Positions 1 through 7,954 of a stretch of 43,466 bases of DNA are shown one piece after another. Numbering within the stretch: position 1 is the first letter of the stretch; every line of letters begins with the position of its first letter. The position numbers were made by a program, and so were the translations under genes. The stretch spans positions 1 through 43,466 of the forward strand of contig JBDTMB010000003.1 of NCBI GenBank assembly GCA_039934485.1, in the 5' to 3' direction. The stretch is from Vicinamibacterales bacterium (GTDB lineage Bacteria > Acidobacteriota > Vicinamibacteria > Vicinamibacterales > UBA2999). The notes under the pieces were generated by a model that did no database searches, was not told where the DNA came from, and saw nothing but the letters and a program-made list of their open reading frames with translations.

Positions 1-1752
1 GATTCCCGCCCCGACGCCCCACATCTGTTCGCCGTCCACGTACAGCGAGGCGAGTGGCGCGGCATCGTCCTTGCGCCGGCGCCTCCGGGTGTTCCGCTAT
101 GGGCGTTCCGGCAGATCGAGAATCTCCGCTCGGTGAAGCGCTTCGTCAACTGGTACATCGACCACCGCCAGATCGAGAATGGCGAGTTCGGTGGTGGCCT
201 CTCCGACGATGGCGACCTGACGAACTTCTGGCCGGGCACGGCGTTCATGGGCGCCAACCCCGACAAGATTCGCGAATCGCTGCTGCGCGAGATGGAGGCG
301 TTCTACGCCGAGGGCATGTTCACCAATGGGCTGTCCACGATCCAGACCGACGAACTCCACAGCTACGAGGAAGGCATTCAGGTCCTCGGGCAAGCGCTGC
401 TCCTGGACTATGCGAGCCCGGTGCACCTGGAACGCGCGATGGACACCTCAGCCGCGATCGAGCGGATCACGGGTATCAATGCCGCGGGTCATCGTCACAT
501 CCGGTCGTCGTATTTCAGCGGCACGACGATTTCCGAAGAAGGTGTCTGGGCCTGGTCGAAGCCCTCGTCGTACCTCATCCTGCATCCGGCGCTCGAGCTC
601 GTCGAGTTCAACGGGTCCCCGCGCGTTCGCAAGTGGTTGCTCGAGCTGGCCGACGCGCTTCTGGCCCACCGCAAGCCCGACGCCACCGGGGCCTACGCCC
701 TGCGCGCGACGGTGGAGTTTGCCACCGACCAGGATCTGGCGCTGCCCTCGGAGCGCGCGTGGCCGCTGATGTGGGCGGCGTTTCGATGGACGGGGAACCA
801 GAGGTATCTGCAACCCTTTCTCGACGCTGGACCACGAAGCCTGGCGCTGATTCCCGGCGACGGCCTCGACATCCTGTCGCTCCGGCAGGAGTGGGGGCCA
901 GCGATTCAAGCGCTCAGCACCGATCCGGCGATGCGGCATTTTGCCTGGCAGGCGAGCGGAGACACTCGCCATCTTGAACGGCTCTACAGCGATCAGATCG
1001 CGGCGTCCGCCGTGCGCGAGTACATCAATACCGAGGGCAGCCTCTGGATTGACCGTGTCACCGTGAACGACGCGGAACTTCAACGCGCGCGTCTCGGCGG
1101 CATCGCCCTGGTCCGCAACTCCACCTATCCCGGGCACGCCGTGAGCTGGTCATTCGAGGCGCCAGACGCCGAGGAACAGGTGGCCATTCTCGTCCCGGAG
1201 GCGACCCCGCAACACGTGCGGATCGCGGGCTATAACCTCGGCACGACGGCGGTGACCGCGCGCATGACGGCCTGGGATGTGGAGCCGGGAACATGGCGTG
1301 TCACCCAGGGAGCGAGCGTGCGCACGGTCGACCTCGAGCGAACGGGCGAGCTTGCGATCATCTTCGCACCGAGTGCCGCCACCGAGATCGAATTGACCCT
1401 CGTCTCGAAGGGGGTGCCGTATTGGTCCCGGCCCGACCTGGGGATCGCGGCGGGTGACGTTCGTGTGAGCGGCGACACGATCACTGTCACCGTGCATAGC
1501 CTCGGCGCCGTCGACGCACCGGCTTCGCGGGTCGTGGTCAAACACCGCGACGGACGGACTCTGGCGAGCGCCCCTGTCAGGCCCCTCCAGGCGCCCATCG
1601 ATTTGCGTCCGAAGCGCGCCACCGTGCGTCTGCGCGTGCCGCGTGGCACCGACCTGGCGGGCGCCAGCGTGACGGTTGAATCGCGCGGCGCCATTCCCGA
1701 GATCACGCAGCGCAACAACCAGGTCCGCGGGCTCAGCCTTCCTGGGCGGTAA
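1..1752 (+). CDS. Large hypothetical protein, 5'-truncated by the window edge; helical core followed by beta-rich domains and a C-terminal Ig/CARDB-like segment
   Basis: Frame 1 is open from base 1 (DSRPDAPH...LWAFRQIENLRSVKRFVNWYID) into ORF 133..1752. The C-terminus (DLGI...VTVTVHSLG...IPEITQRNN) resembles CARDB-type domains. Function not assignable. Confidence 0.7.
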   Translation, partial: DSRPDAPHLFAVHVQRGEWRGIVLAPAPPGVPLWAFRQIENLRSVKRFVNWYIDHRQIENGEFGGGLSDDGDLTNFWPGTAFMGANPDKIRESLLREMEAFYAEGMFTNGLSTIQTDELHSYEEGIQVLGQALLLDYASPVHLERAMDTSAAIERITGINAAGHRHIRSSYFSGTTISEEGVWAWSKPSSYLILHPALELVEFNGSPRVRKWLLELADALLAHRKPDATGAYALRATVEFATDQDLALPSERAWPLMWAAFRWTGNQRYLQPFLDAGPRSLALIPGDGLDILSLRQEWGPAIQALSTDPAMRHFAWQASGDTRHLERLYSDQIAASAVREYINTEGSLWIDRVTVNDAELQRARLGGIALVRNSTYPGHAVSWSFEAPDAEEQVAILVPEATPQHVRIAGYNLGTTAVTARMTAWDVEPGTWRVTQGASVRTVDLERTGELAIIFAPSAATEIELTLVSKGVPYWSRPDLGIAAGDVRVSGDTITVTVHSLGAVDAPASRVVVKHRDGRTLASAPVRPLQAPIDLRPKRATVRLRVPRGTDLAGASVTVESRGAIPEITQRNNQVRGLSLPGR

Positions 1753-1802
1753 TCGTCATGCGGCCGAGGCGGGCCACGCGCCTGTAGCGCCGCGCCACTG
1801 CC

Positions 1803-1944
1803 TGAGTCTTCGCGCAACGCCACCATCCGCTCAGGCGTTCGTGCCGATGCCCAGCGCCGGCGAAACCAGCAAGGCGGCGGTGGCGATGGGCGTGCGCGCC
1901 CATTGCCTGGCGCCATCACGAAGATCGCGGAAGATCGCGTCCAT
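1803..1944 (-). pseudogene. Internally deleted remnant of a second ADOP/MacB-type ABC permease gene
   Basis: Minus strand 1944..1831 reads MDAIFRDLRDGARQWARTPIATAALLVSPALGIGTNA*, similar to the neighbouring permease N-terminus RDLRFAIRQLRQTPIVSGVALLSLALGIGAN. It is followed at 1826..1806 by MVALRED, identical to the neighbour's C-terminal heptapeptide. Confidence 0.75.
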
Positions 1945-1972
1945 CTCGGCGACGCGCCGAATCTCGCATCTT

Positions 1973-4371
1973 TCAGTCTTCGCGAAGCGCCACCATCGGA
2001 TCGATGCGCGCGGCGCGCCGCGCCGGCAGGTATCCCGCTATTGCCGCGGCCAGCGCCAGCGTGATCGCCGTCACCACAATCATGGTCGTATCGCTGGCGG
2101 CCAAATTGTAGAGCAGCGTGTTGATGAACCGTCCGGTGCCGATCGCGGCGGCCGCGCCGACGATGAGGCCGGCCACCGTGATGAAGGCGACGTGGCCGAG
2201 CACCAGTCGAATCACCGTGTCGGGCTCGGCGCCAAGCGCCATGCGGATGCCGATCTCGTTCTTGCGCCGCGTGACCGAGTACGACATCACGCCGTAGAGC
2301 CCGAGCGCCGCCAGCAGCAGCGCCAGACCGCCGAAGAACGCCGAGAGCGACGCGATCAACCGCTCTTGAATCACCGCCGCGCCGAGATCCTCATCGAGCG
2401 TCTTCAAATCGACGACGATCTCTTTGTTGACGTTGGCGATGGCCTGCAGCACGGCCGCTCGCGCCGCCAGCGGCGCCCCGGAGGCCTTGACGACCAGACG
2501 CACCGATGAATTGACGCGCTCCTCCTGCGGCATCGATCCGTACATCGTCGGCTCCGGCTGTTCCCTGAGCGTCAGGTACTTCGCGTTGGCGACGAGTCCG
2601 ATAATTTCCAGCGGCCGATCGGGCCTGGGGCCGCCGCCCTCGATCACGAACGTGCGGCCCACGGGGTTTTGTCCCTTGAAGTATTTCTTGGCGAACGCCT
2701 CGTTGACGACCGCCACTCGCGGCGCCGTGGCCGAATCCGCGGCGCTGAAGTCGCGGCCGGCCAGCAACGGCGTGCCGAGCGCCGTGAAGTATTCCTGGGT
2801 CAGTCCGTTGAACATCGCGATGCGATCACGTTCGCTGCCTTCATAGCCGGGGACGGCGATTCGCAAGTTCCAGGTACTGTTGCTGACCGGTGTCACGAAG
2901 GAGGCGGCGGCCGCCTGGACCCCTGGCGCGTTCGCGACCGCGTCCCGGACCTGCGCAAAGATCGGGAAGCGGCCCTTCTCATCGACGCCGGTGCGCCGCA
3001 GATCGATGTTGCCGATCAGGACCTGTGACGACTGGAAACCCATCGGCTGCGTCGTCAGCCCGACGAGCGTGCGCACAAACAACGTCGAGCCGAACACCAG
3101 CACGAACGACAGCGCCACCTGCAACGCGACCAGGGCGTGGCCGAGGTTCAGGCGGCCGCCGCCGCTGATGATGCCTCGTGAGTGGGCGCGAAGCGCGTCG
3201 GCCGGCGAGAGCGACGTGCCGCGCAACGCGGGCGCGACGCCGAAGAGCAGCCCGGTGAGGATGCCGATGCCGGCGGTGAACGCGAAGACCCGCCAATCCA
3301 GCGACAGGTCGAGGCTGACGAGGTTGGTCCGCGTCGAGAGCATCGCGACCAGGGCGCGGCTGCCCCAACCGGCCACCAGCAGGCCCGCCGCGGCGCCGGT
3401 GAGCGAGAGCATCACGCTTTCGACGAGCAGCTGGCGGACCAGCCGCAGGCGTCCGGCGCCCAGCGAGAGCCTCACGGCCAGCTCACGCCGGCGCGCCACC
3501 GATTGTGCCAGCAGCAGGTTCGCCATGTTCGCGCAGGCGATCGTCAGCACGAGTCCGACGATGCCGAGGAGGACAAAGAGTGGACGTCCTGCGGCATCGT
3601 CGCCTCGCGCAATTGCGGCTGGAACGCGCGCAACCTTGCCTGCGCCTGCGCGGCGCTTTGCCCGGGCGCGAGGCGCGCCGCGAGCGTGATCCACCAGTTG
3701 CTGCGCCGGTCGAGCGAGCTCTCGACGCCGCGGATAATCGGCTCGGTGCCGATCGGCACCATCACGTCAAAGGCGCGCCCGACCTGCACGCCGAAGAAAT
3801 CTCGCGGCGCCACGCCGACAACGGTGAAGGGATGGCCATCGATCGCGATCGAGCGCCCGATCACCGACGGATCGCCGCCGTATTCGCGCTGCCACAATCC
3901 ATAGCCGAGGACGGCAACCGGGCCCTCCGTTCCACCGCCGCGTTGGTCATCGTCCGGCGTGAGGAGCCGACCGATCAGGGGTGTCACCCCGAGCGTTTCG
4001 AAATAGCGGCCGCTGACGAAGTTGCCCGCCACCGGCCGCGCCTCGCCGCCGGCGTTCAGGTTGAACCGCGCGCCGCCATAGGCGAGGGCGTTGATGAAGA
4101 TGTCCTGGTGGTCGCGGAGGTATTCCCACTGGGGATTGGTGAACGACGTGTTTGGGCCGCGGGTCCCTTCATAGGCGAGGACCACCAGGCGATCCGGCTC
4201 GTGGACCGGCAGCGCCTTGAGCATCAATGCGTTGACCAAAGAGAAGATCGCGACATTGGCGCCGATGCCCAGGGCCAGCGACAACAGCGCCACGCCGCTG
4301 ACGATGGGGGTCTGGCGCAATTGCCGGATGGCGAAGCGCAGATCTCGGCCGAGCGAAGACAGGAGTCCCAT
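1973..4371 (-). pseudogene. ADOP-type duplicated MacB/FtsX ABC transporter permease, split by a frameshift near 3587
   Basis: The N-terminal part (ORF 3544..4371) has LALGIGAN and a MacB periplasmic core. The C-terminal part (ORF 1973..3694) has LVLTIACANMANLLL, RRRELAVRLSLGA, GLYGVMSYSV and ARRAARIDPMVALRED. The two parts lie in different frames and join at ...MPQD / RPLFVLLG... May be an assembly error. Confidence 0.8.
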
Positions 4372-4424
4372 GGCTGCCTTAGACGGCCAGCATTATCCGC
4401 CGGTTGGCAACTGGTTGCAGAGAC

Positions 4425-5195
4425 CTAGCGGCGGCGTTGTTTGAACGCCAGGCCGGACCACGTTGCGTCCACTGCGCAGACCTTGAAATCCACGAACCCG
4501 GCGGCGAGGCCCGTCGTGCGCACGACGTTGCCGTCGAGGTCCGACTTCACGCCCGACGCCTTCTTGGGCCAGAGAAACCACACCGTTTGCTTCCCGACCA
4601 GGTCGCGCAGCAGCGCCAATTGGGCGTCGAGTTCGCGCGCCGAACGGACGAAGCAAAGGAAGAGGTCGCAGGTCTTGTCGGCCTTGGCCGTGAACGTCAC
4701 TTGGGCCGGCTTCGGTTTCAGCGCGTCGGCGAAGCCCTTCGGGGAACCGAGCAGGCACACGTGATACCCGGGTTTGACGCCGAGCTTGTCGACGGCCGGC
4801 TTGGCGGACATCACGTCGCCCGGCACGACCGGCGATGCGGGTGGCCGCGCGATGGCGCGGGGCAGCGCCGTCTTGATCCGGCCCCACGTGGTGAAGGTGG
4901 CGTCGGGCAAGAGCGCCTTGGTGAGCGCGACTTTCTCGGCATCACCATCGACGAAGACCAGCGGCCAATGCCGGGTGGCCTTCGTCATCCGCAGCACGCG
5001 GCCCACTTCGCGGCCATGGGACGGCAGGCGGGTCAGATCGATCACGACCGCGTCGGGCGTGCTGGCCTTCAGCAGGCGCATCACCATTCCGCCCTCGCGG
5101 AAGTCGAACGCCGCGTCGTACCCGAGAGCCTCGAGCTGTTGCTGACGCTCGAGGCCCTCGTCTTCGTTCCAGTGAATGAGGCGAACAGTCGGCAT
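4425..5195 (-). CDS. Hypothetical protein: receiver-like N-terminal domain fused to a DUF3052-like C-terminal domain
   Basis: N-terminal PDAVVIDLTRLPSHGREV...PLVFVD resembles a (pseudo)receiver fold. C-terminal KLGVKPG...WFLWPKKASGVKSDL...GFVDFKVCAVDATWSGL matches my recollection of DUF3052 proteins. Confidence 0.65.
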   Translation of the reverse strand: MPTVRLIHWNEDEGLERQQQLEALGYDAAFDFREGGMVMRLLKASTPDAVVIDLTRLPSHGREVGRVLRMTKATRHWPLVFVDGDAEKVALTKALLPDATFTTWGRIKTALPRAIARPPASPVVPGDVMSAKPAVDKLGVKPGYHVCLLGSPKGFADALKPKPAQVTFTAKADKTCDLFLCFVRSARELDAQLALLRDLVGKQTVWFLWPKKASGVKSDLDGNVVRTTGLAAGFVDFKVCAVDATWSGLAFKQRRR

Positions 5196-5208
5196 GACTG
5201 TCGCGACC

Positions 5209-5631
5209 CTACTTCAGGGTGGCCTTGAGAGTGGTCGGAACCGCGGCCAGCGAGCGCGAGATGATGCAGCCGACCTTGGTCTTCTCCGCGTGTTCCTGGA
5301 AGGTCTTGTCGTCGAGGTTCGGCACCGACGCGGTGACCGTGAGTTCAATCAGCGTGATGAGGAAGCCCTTGTCGTCCTTGCCGAGGTGGACGTCCGCCTT
5401 GGTGTGGACGCTCGTGGCCGGGAAGCCGGCGGTGGCCAGCGAGTTGGCGAGGGCCATCGAATAGCAGCCGGCCTGCGCCGCGCCCAACAGTTCTTCGGGG
5501 TTCGCGCCCGGTTTGTCCTCGAACCGCGTGCTGAAGGAATAGTTGCCGGCGTAGGCACCACTTCCCGTCTTGACCGTGCCGCTGCCGCCCTTGAGATCGC
5601 CCTTCCACTCTGCTTCTGCCTGACGCGCCAT
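5209..5631 (-). CDS. osmC: OsmC family peroxiredoxin
   Basis: A-x-WKGDLKGGSG, YSFSTRFE, NPEELLGAAQAGCYSMAL and a second Cys (KVGCIISRSL); GGAGG Shine-Dalgarno upstream. Confidence 0.93.
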   Translation of the reverse strand: MARQAEAEWKGDLKGGSGTVKTGSGAYAGNYSFSTRFEDKPGANPEELLGAAQAGCYSMALANSLATAGFPATSVHTKADVHLGKDDKGFLITLIELTVTASVPNLDDKTFQEHAEKTKVGCIISRSLAAVPTTLKATLK

Positions 5632-5670
5632 GTGTGTCCTCCTCGACGATATGCGAGAAAGACAAGCTTA

Positions 5671-6027
5671 CTATTTCTTCTCGATGTCCTTGATGATGAA
5701 CAGCGTTTCGCCGGGTTTGATCAGGCCGAGCTCGCGGCGGGCTTCTTCTTCGATCGCCTGGGGGTCTTCGCGGAGGCGGCGGGCGTAGTCGCGCAACGCG
5801 GCGTTGTCGGCCTTGGCCTGTTCCAGCGAGAGTTCGAGGCGGCGGTAATCGCGCCGCGCCTGGAGCAGCGCCAGCAGTCCCTTTTCGCCCGCCACTGCGT
5901 CGATCACGATCACCGCCGTCACCAGGATGAGGATGTGGCGCAGCAGGCGCCGGCCGCGGCTCGCCAGGGTCGGCTTGGGGGCGGGTGTGGACCCTTGAGG
6001 GTCTCCGGTAATCGGGTTGTCGGTCAT
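5671..6027 (-). CDS. ftsB: Septum formation initiator, FtsB/DivIC family
   Basis: Single TM helix, GEKGL, coiled coil, then IEEEARRELGLIKPGE, the FtsB signature. Confidence 0.85.
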   Translation of the reverse strand: MTDNPITGDPQGSTPAPKPTLASRGRRLLRHILILVTAVIVIDAVAGEKGLLALLQARRDYRRLELSLEQAKADNAALRDYARRLREDPQAIEEEARRELGLIKPGETLFIIKDIEKK

Positions 6028-6236
6028 CGGTTCGGCGTACTGGTTCGATCGGTTTGGTCCGGCCCTTCGCGCAAGTAATCCTCCAGCGCGCGAATCAGCA
6101 CGGTGCGAAGGTCGGCCCGTTCGTCCATGGCCCGAATCTTCGCCGCCCGCCAGAGCTCCCCCGGGAGTTCGACGGTCGTCTTCACCGTGTCGCCGTCAGT
6201 CCGCTTTGCCGCCACTGCGGCCTGAAGTGTATCCAC
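6024..6236 (-). CDS. Small ribbon-helix-helix (CopG/ParG-like) DNA-binding protein
   Basis: 70 aa. VKTTVELP (alternating beta strand), GELWRAAKIRAMDE (helix A), DLRTVLIRALEDYL (helix B). The stop overlaps the ftsB start (ATGA). Confidence 0.72.
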   Translation of the reverse strand: MDTLQAAVAAKRTDGDTVKTTVELPGELWRAAKIRAMDERADLRTVLIRALEDYLREGPDQTDRTSTPNR

Positions 6237-6240
6237 CCAA

Positions 6241-6344
6241 GCGGTCTAACGGCAAGATGTAAACACGGCTAAGTTCGTGCACACTTTTACATCAATACGG
6301 CTATACATGCAAGCATTAAAACGGATATACGGTTCTACGGGTAT
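6241..6344. repeat. Degenerate phased 8-bp repeat array (13 units), probable operator
   Basis: gcggtcta|acggcaag|atgtaaac|acggctaa|gttcgtgc|acactttt|acatcaat|acggctat|acatgcaa|gcattaaa|acggatat|acggttct|acgggtat. ACGG occurs at 6249, 6265, 6297, 6321, 6329 and 6337, and all spacings are multiples of 8. Confidence 0.7.
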
Positions 6345-6407
6345 CAATTTCTGCAATGTTTTCGGGGGTTGAGGGTCAGACCCTACTGGGGGCCTAGAAT
6401 CAATCAA

Positions 6408-6734
6408 ATGACCGAATTTGCGATCGTCCTGACGACATTCCCAGCCGGCGCGGACGTCGAGGCGACCGCCAGGCGGCTGGTCGAGGAGCGGTTAGCGGCG
6501 TGCGTGAACGTGCTGGGCCCGATGCGCTCGGTCTACGAGTGGAAGGGCGAGGTCGAGGCCGCTGACGAGCGTCAGCTGGTGATCAAGACGTCGCGCGCGC
6601 GCGTCGCGGATCTACAACGACGCCTCGTCGAATTGCATCCCTACGAAGTGCCCGAGTTTCTCGTGGTGGGCATTGAAACCGGAAGCGAACCCTACCTGGC
6701 CTGGCTCGCTTCCGCCGTGCGCTTAGATGGCTGA
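6408..6734 (+). CDS. cutA: Divalent-cation tolerance protein CutA
   Basis: IVLTT, LVEERLAACVN, SVYEWKGEV, IKT, HPYEVPE. Start placed at ATG 6408, with TAGAAT 7 nt upstream. Confidence 0.93.
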   Translation: MTEFAIVLTTFPAGADVEATARRLVEERLAACVNVLGPMRSVYEWKGEVEAADERQLVIKTSRARVADLQRRLVELHPYEVPEFLVVGIETGSEPYLAWLASAVRLDG

Positions 6735-7883
6735 GAGGGCCTGCTGAAGATCGGCCTGCAGATCTTCGACGTCCTCGATGCCCACCGAGATGCGGATGAG
6801 GCCGTCGGTGATCCCCAGCATGGCGCGCCGTTCGGGCGGCACCGACGCGTGCGTCATGATCGCCGGATGCGAGATCAGCGTCTCGACCCCGCCGAGGCTT
6901 TCGGCCAGCGCCATCAGCTGCAACCGGTTAAGCACCGTCCGCGCCGCGTCGAGCGAGCCCACGTCGAACGAGATCAAGCCGCCGAAGCCCTTCATCTGCT
7001 TGCGCGCGAGCGCGTGATGCGGGTGTGACGCGAGGCCCGGATAAATCGTCCGCTGCACTTTCGGATGGCCCTCGAGAAACTCCGCGAGGATCTGCGCGTT
7101 GTGGTTGGTGCGCTCCAGGCGAATGGTCATCGTCTTGGTGCCGCGCAGGATCAGCCACGAATCCATCGGCCCGAGGATGGCGCCGGCGGCGTTCTGCACG
7201 AACTTCATCCAGTCCGCGTCGTCCTGGTGCCGGACGATGACGATGCCACCGACGCTGTCGCTGTGGCCGTTCAGGAATTTCGTGGTGCTGTGGACGACGA
7301 TGTCGGCGCCCATGGTCAAGGGCCGCTGGATGTAGGGGCTGGCGAAGGTGTTGTCGACGACGACGCGGACGTGCTGCCGGTGCGCGATGTCGCTCACGCA
7401 TTCGATGCTGGTGATGTGCAGCATCGGGTTGGTCGGCGTCTCGATGAACAGGTACTTGGTGTTGGGCTTGATCGCCGGGGCAACCAGCTCCGGCTTCGAG
7501 GTGTCGACGTAGGTGAAGTCGAGACCAAACTTCCGGCGCACGCGCTCGAACAGGCGATAGGTGCCGCCGTAGGTGTTGTCGCTCACCAGGACGTGGTCGC
7601 CCGATTCGAGCCGGGTCAGGATGGCGTCGATGGCGGCCATGCCCGAGGCGAACGCGAAGGCCGCGGTGCCGGCTTCGATGGCGGCGAGGTTGCGCTCGAG
7701 CGCCATGCGGGTCGGGTTCTGCGTGCGGCCGTATTCAAATCCCGCATGCGGCTGGCCCAGGCCATCCTGCACGTAGGTCGAGGTCTGGTAGATCGGCGTG
7801 ATAATCGCGCCGGTCGCCGGATCGGGTTCCTGCCCGGCGTGAATGCAGATGGTGCTGAAGCGTGCGGTGTCGTTAAGTTTCAC
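6723..7883 (-). CDS. Cystathionine gamma-synthase/gamma-lyase (Cys/Met metabolism PLP enzyme)
   Basis: PIYQTSTY, YGRTQNPTR, FASGMAAI, ETPTNP, VDNTFASP, HSTTKFLNGHSD (PLP Lys), AESLGGVETL, IRISVGIED. Confidence 0.92.
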   Translation of the reverse strand: MKLNDTARFSTICIHAGQEPDPATGAIITPIYQTSTYVQDGLGQPHAGFEYGRTQNPTRMALERNLAAIEAGTAAFAFASGMAAIDAILTRLESGDHVLVSDNTYGGTYRLFERVRRKFGLDFTYVDTSKPELVAPAIKPNTKYLFIETPTNPMLHITSIECVSDIAHRQHVRVVVDNTFASPYIQRPLTMGADIVVHSTTKFLNGHSDSVGGIVIVRHQDDADWMKFVQNAAGAILGPMDSWLILRGTKTMTIRLERTNHNAQILAEFLEGHPKVQRTIYPGLASHPHHALARKQMKGFGGLISFDVGSLDAARTVLNRLQLMALAESLGGVETLISHPAIMTHASVPPERRAMLGITDGLIRISVGIEDVEDLQADLQQALSAI

Positions 7884-7954
7884 AGGGAGTAGTCCAAGAC
7901 GCTAACGATACTCTGATATCATTTTCGCGCACAACGCCGCGCCACCACTTTTCC

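Noticed and set aside
3580-3600. Programmed ribosomal frameshift in the ADOP permease or the 34990 gene
   Set aside because: There is no slippery heptamer or homopolymer at either junction, and conserved residues appear to be missing, which fits deletion.
6024-6236. RHH gene as the antitoxin of a toxin-antitoxin pair
   Set aside because: The coupled downstream gene has clear FtsB features, and no toxin-like ORF is adjacent.
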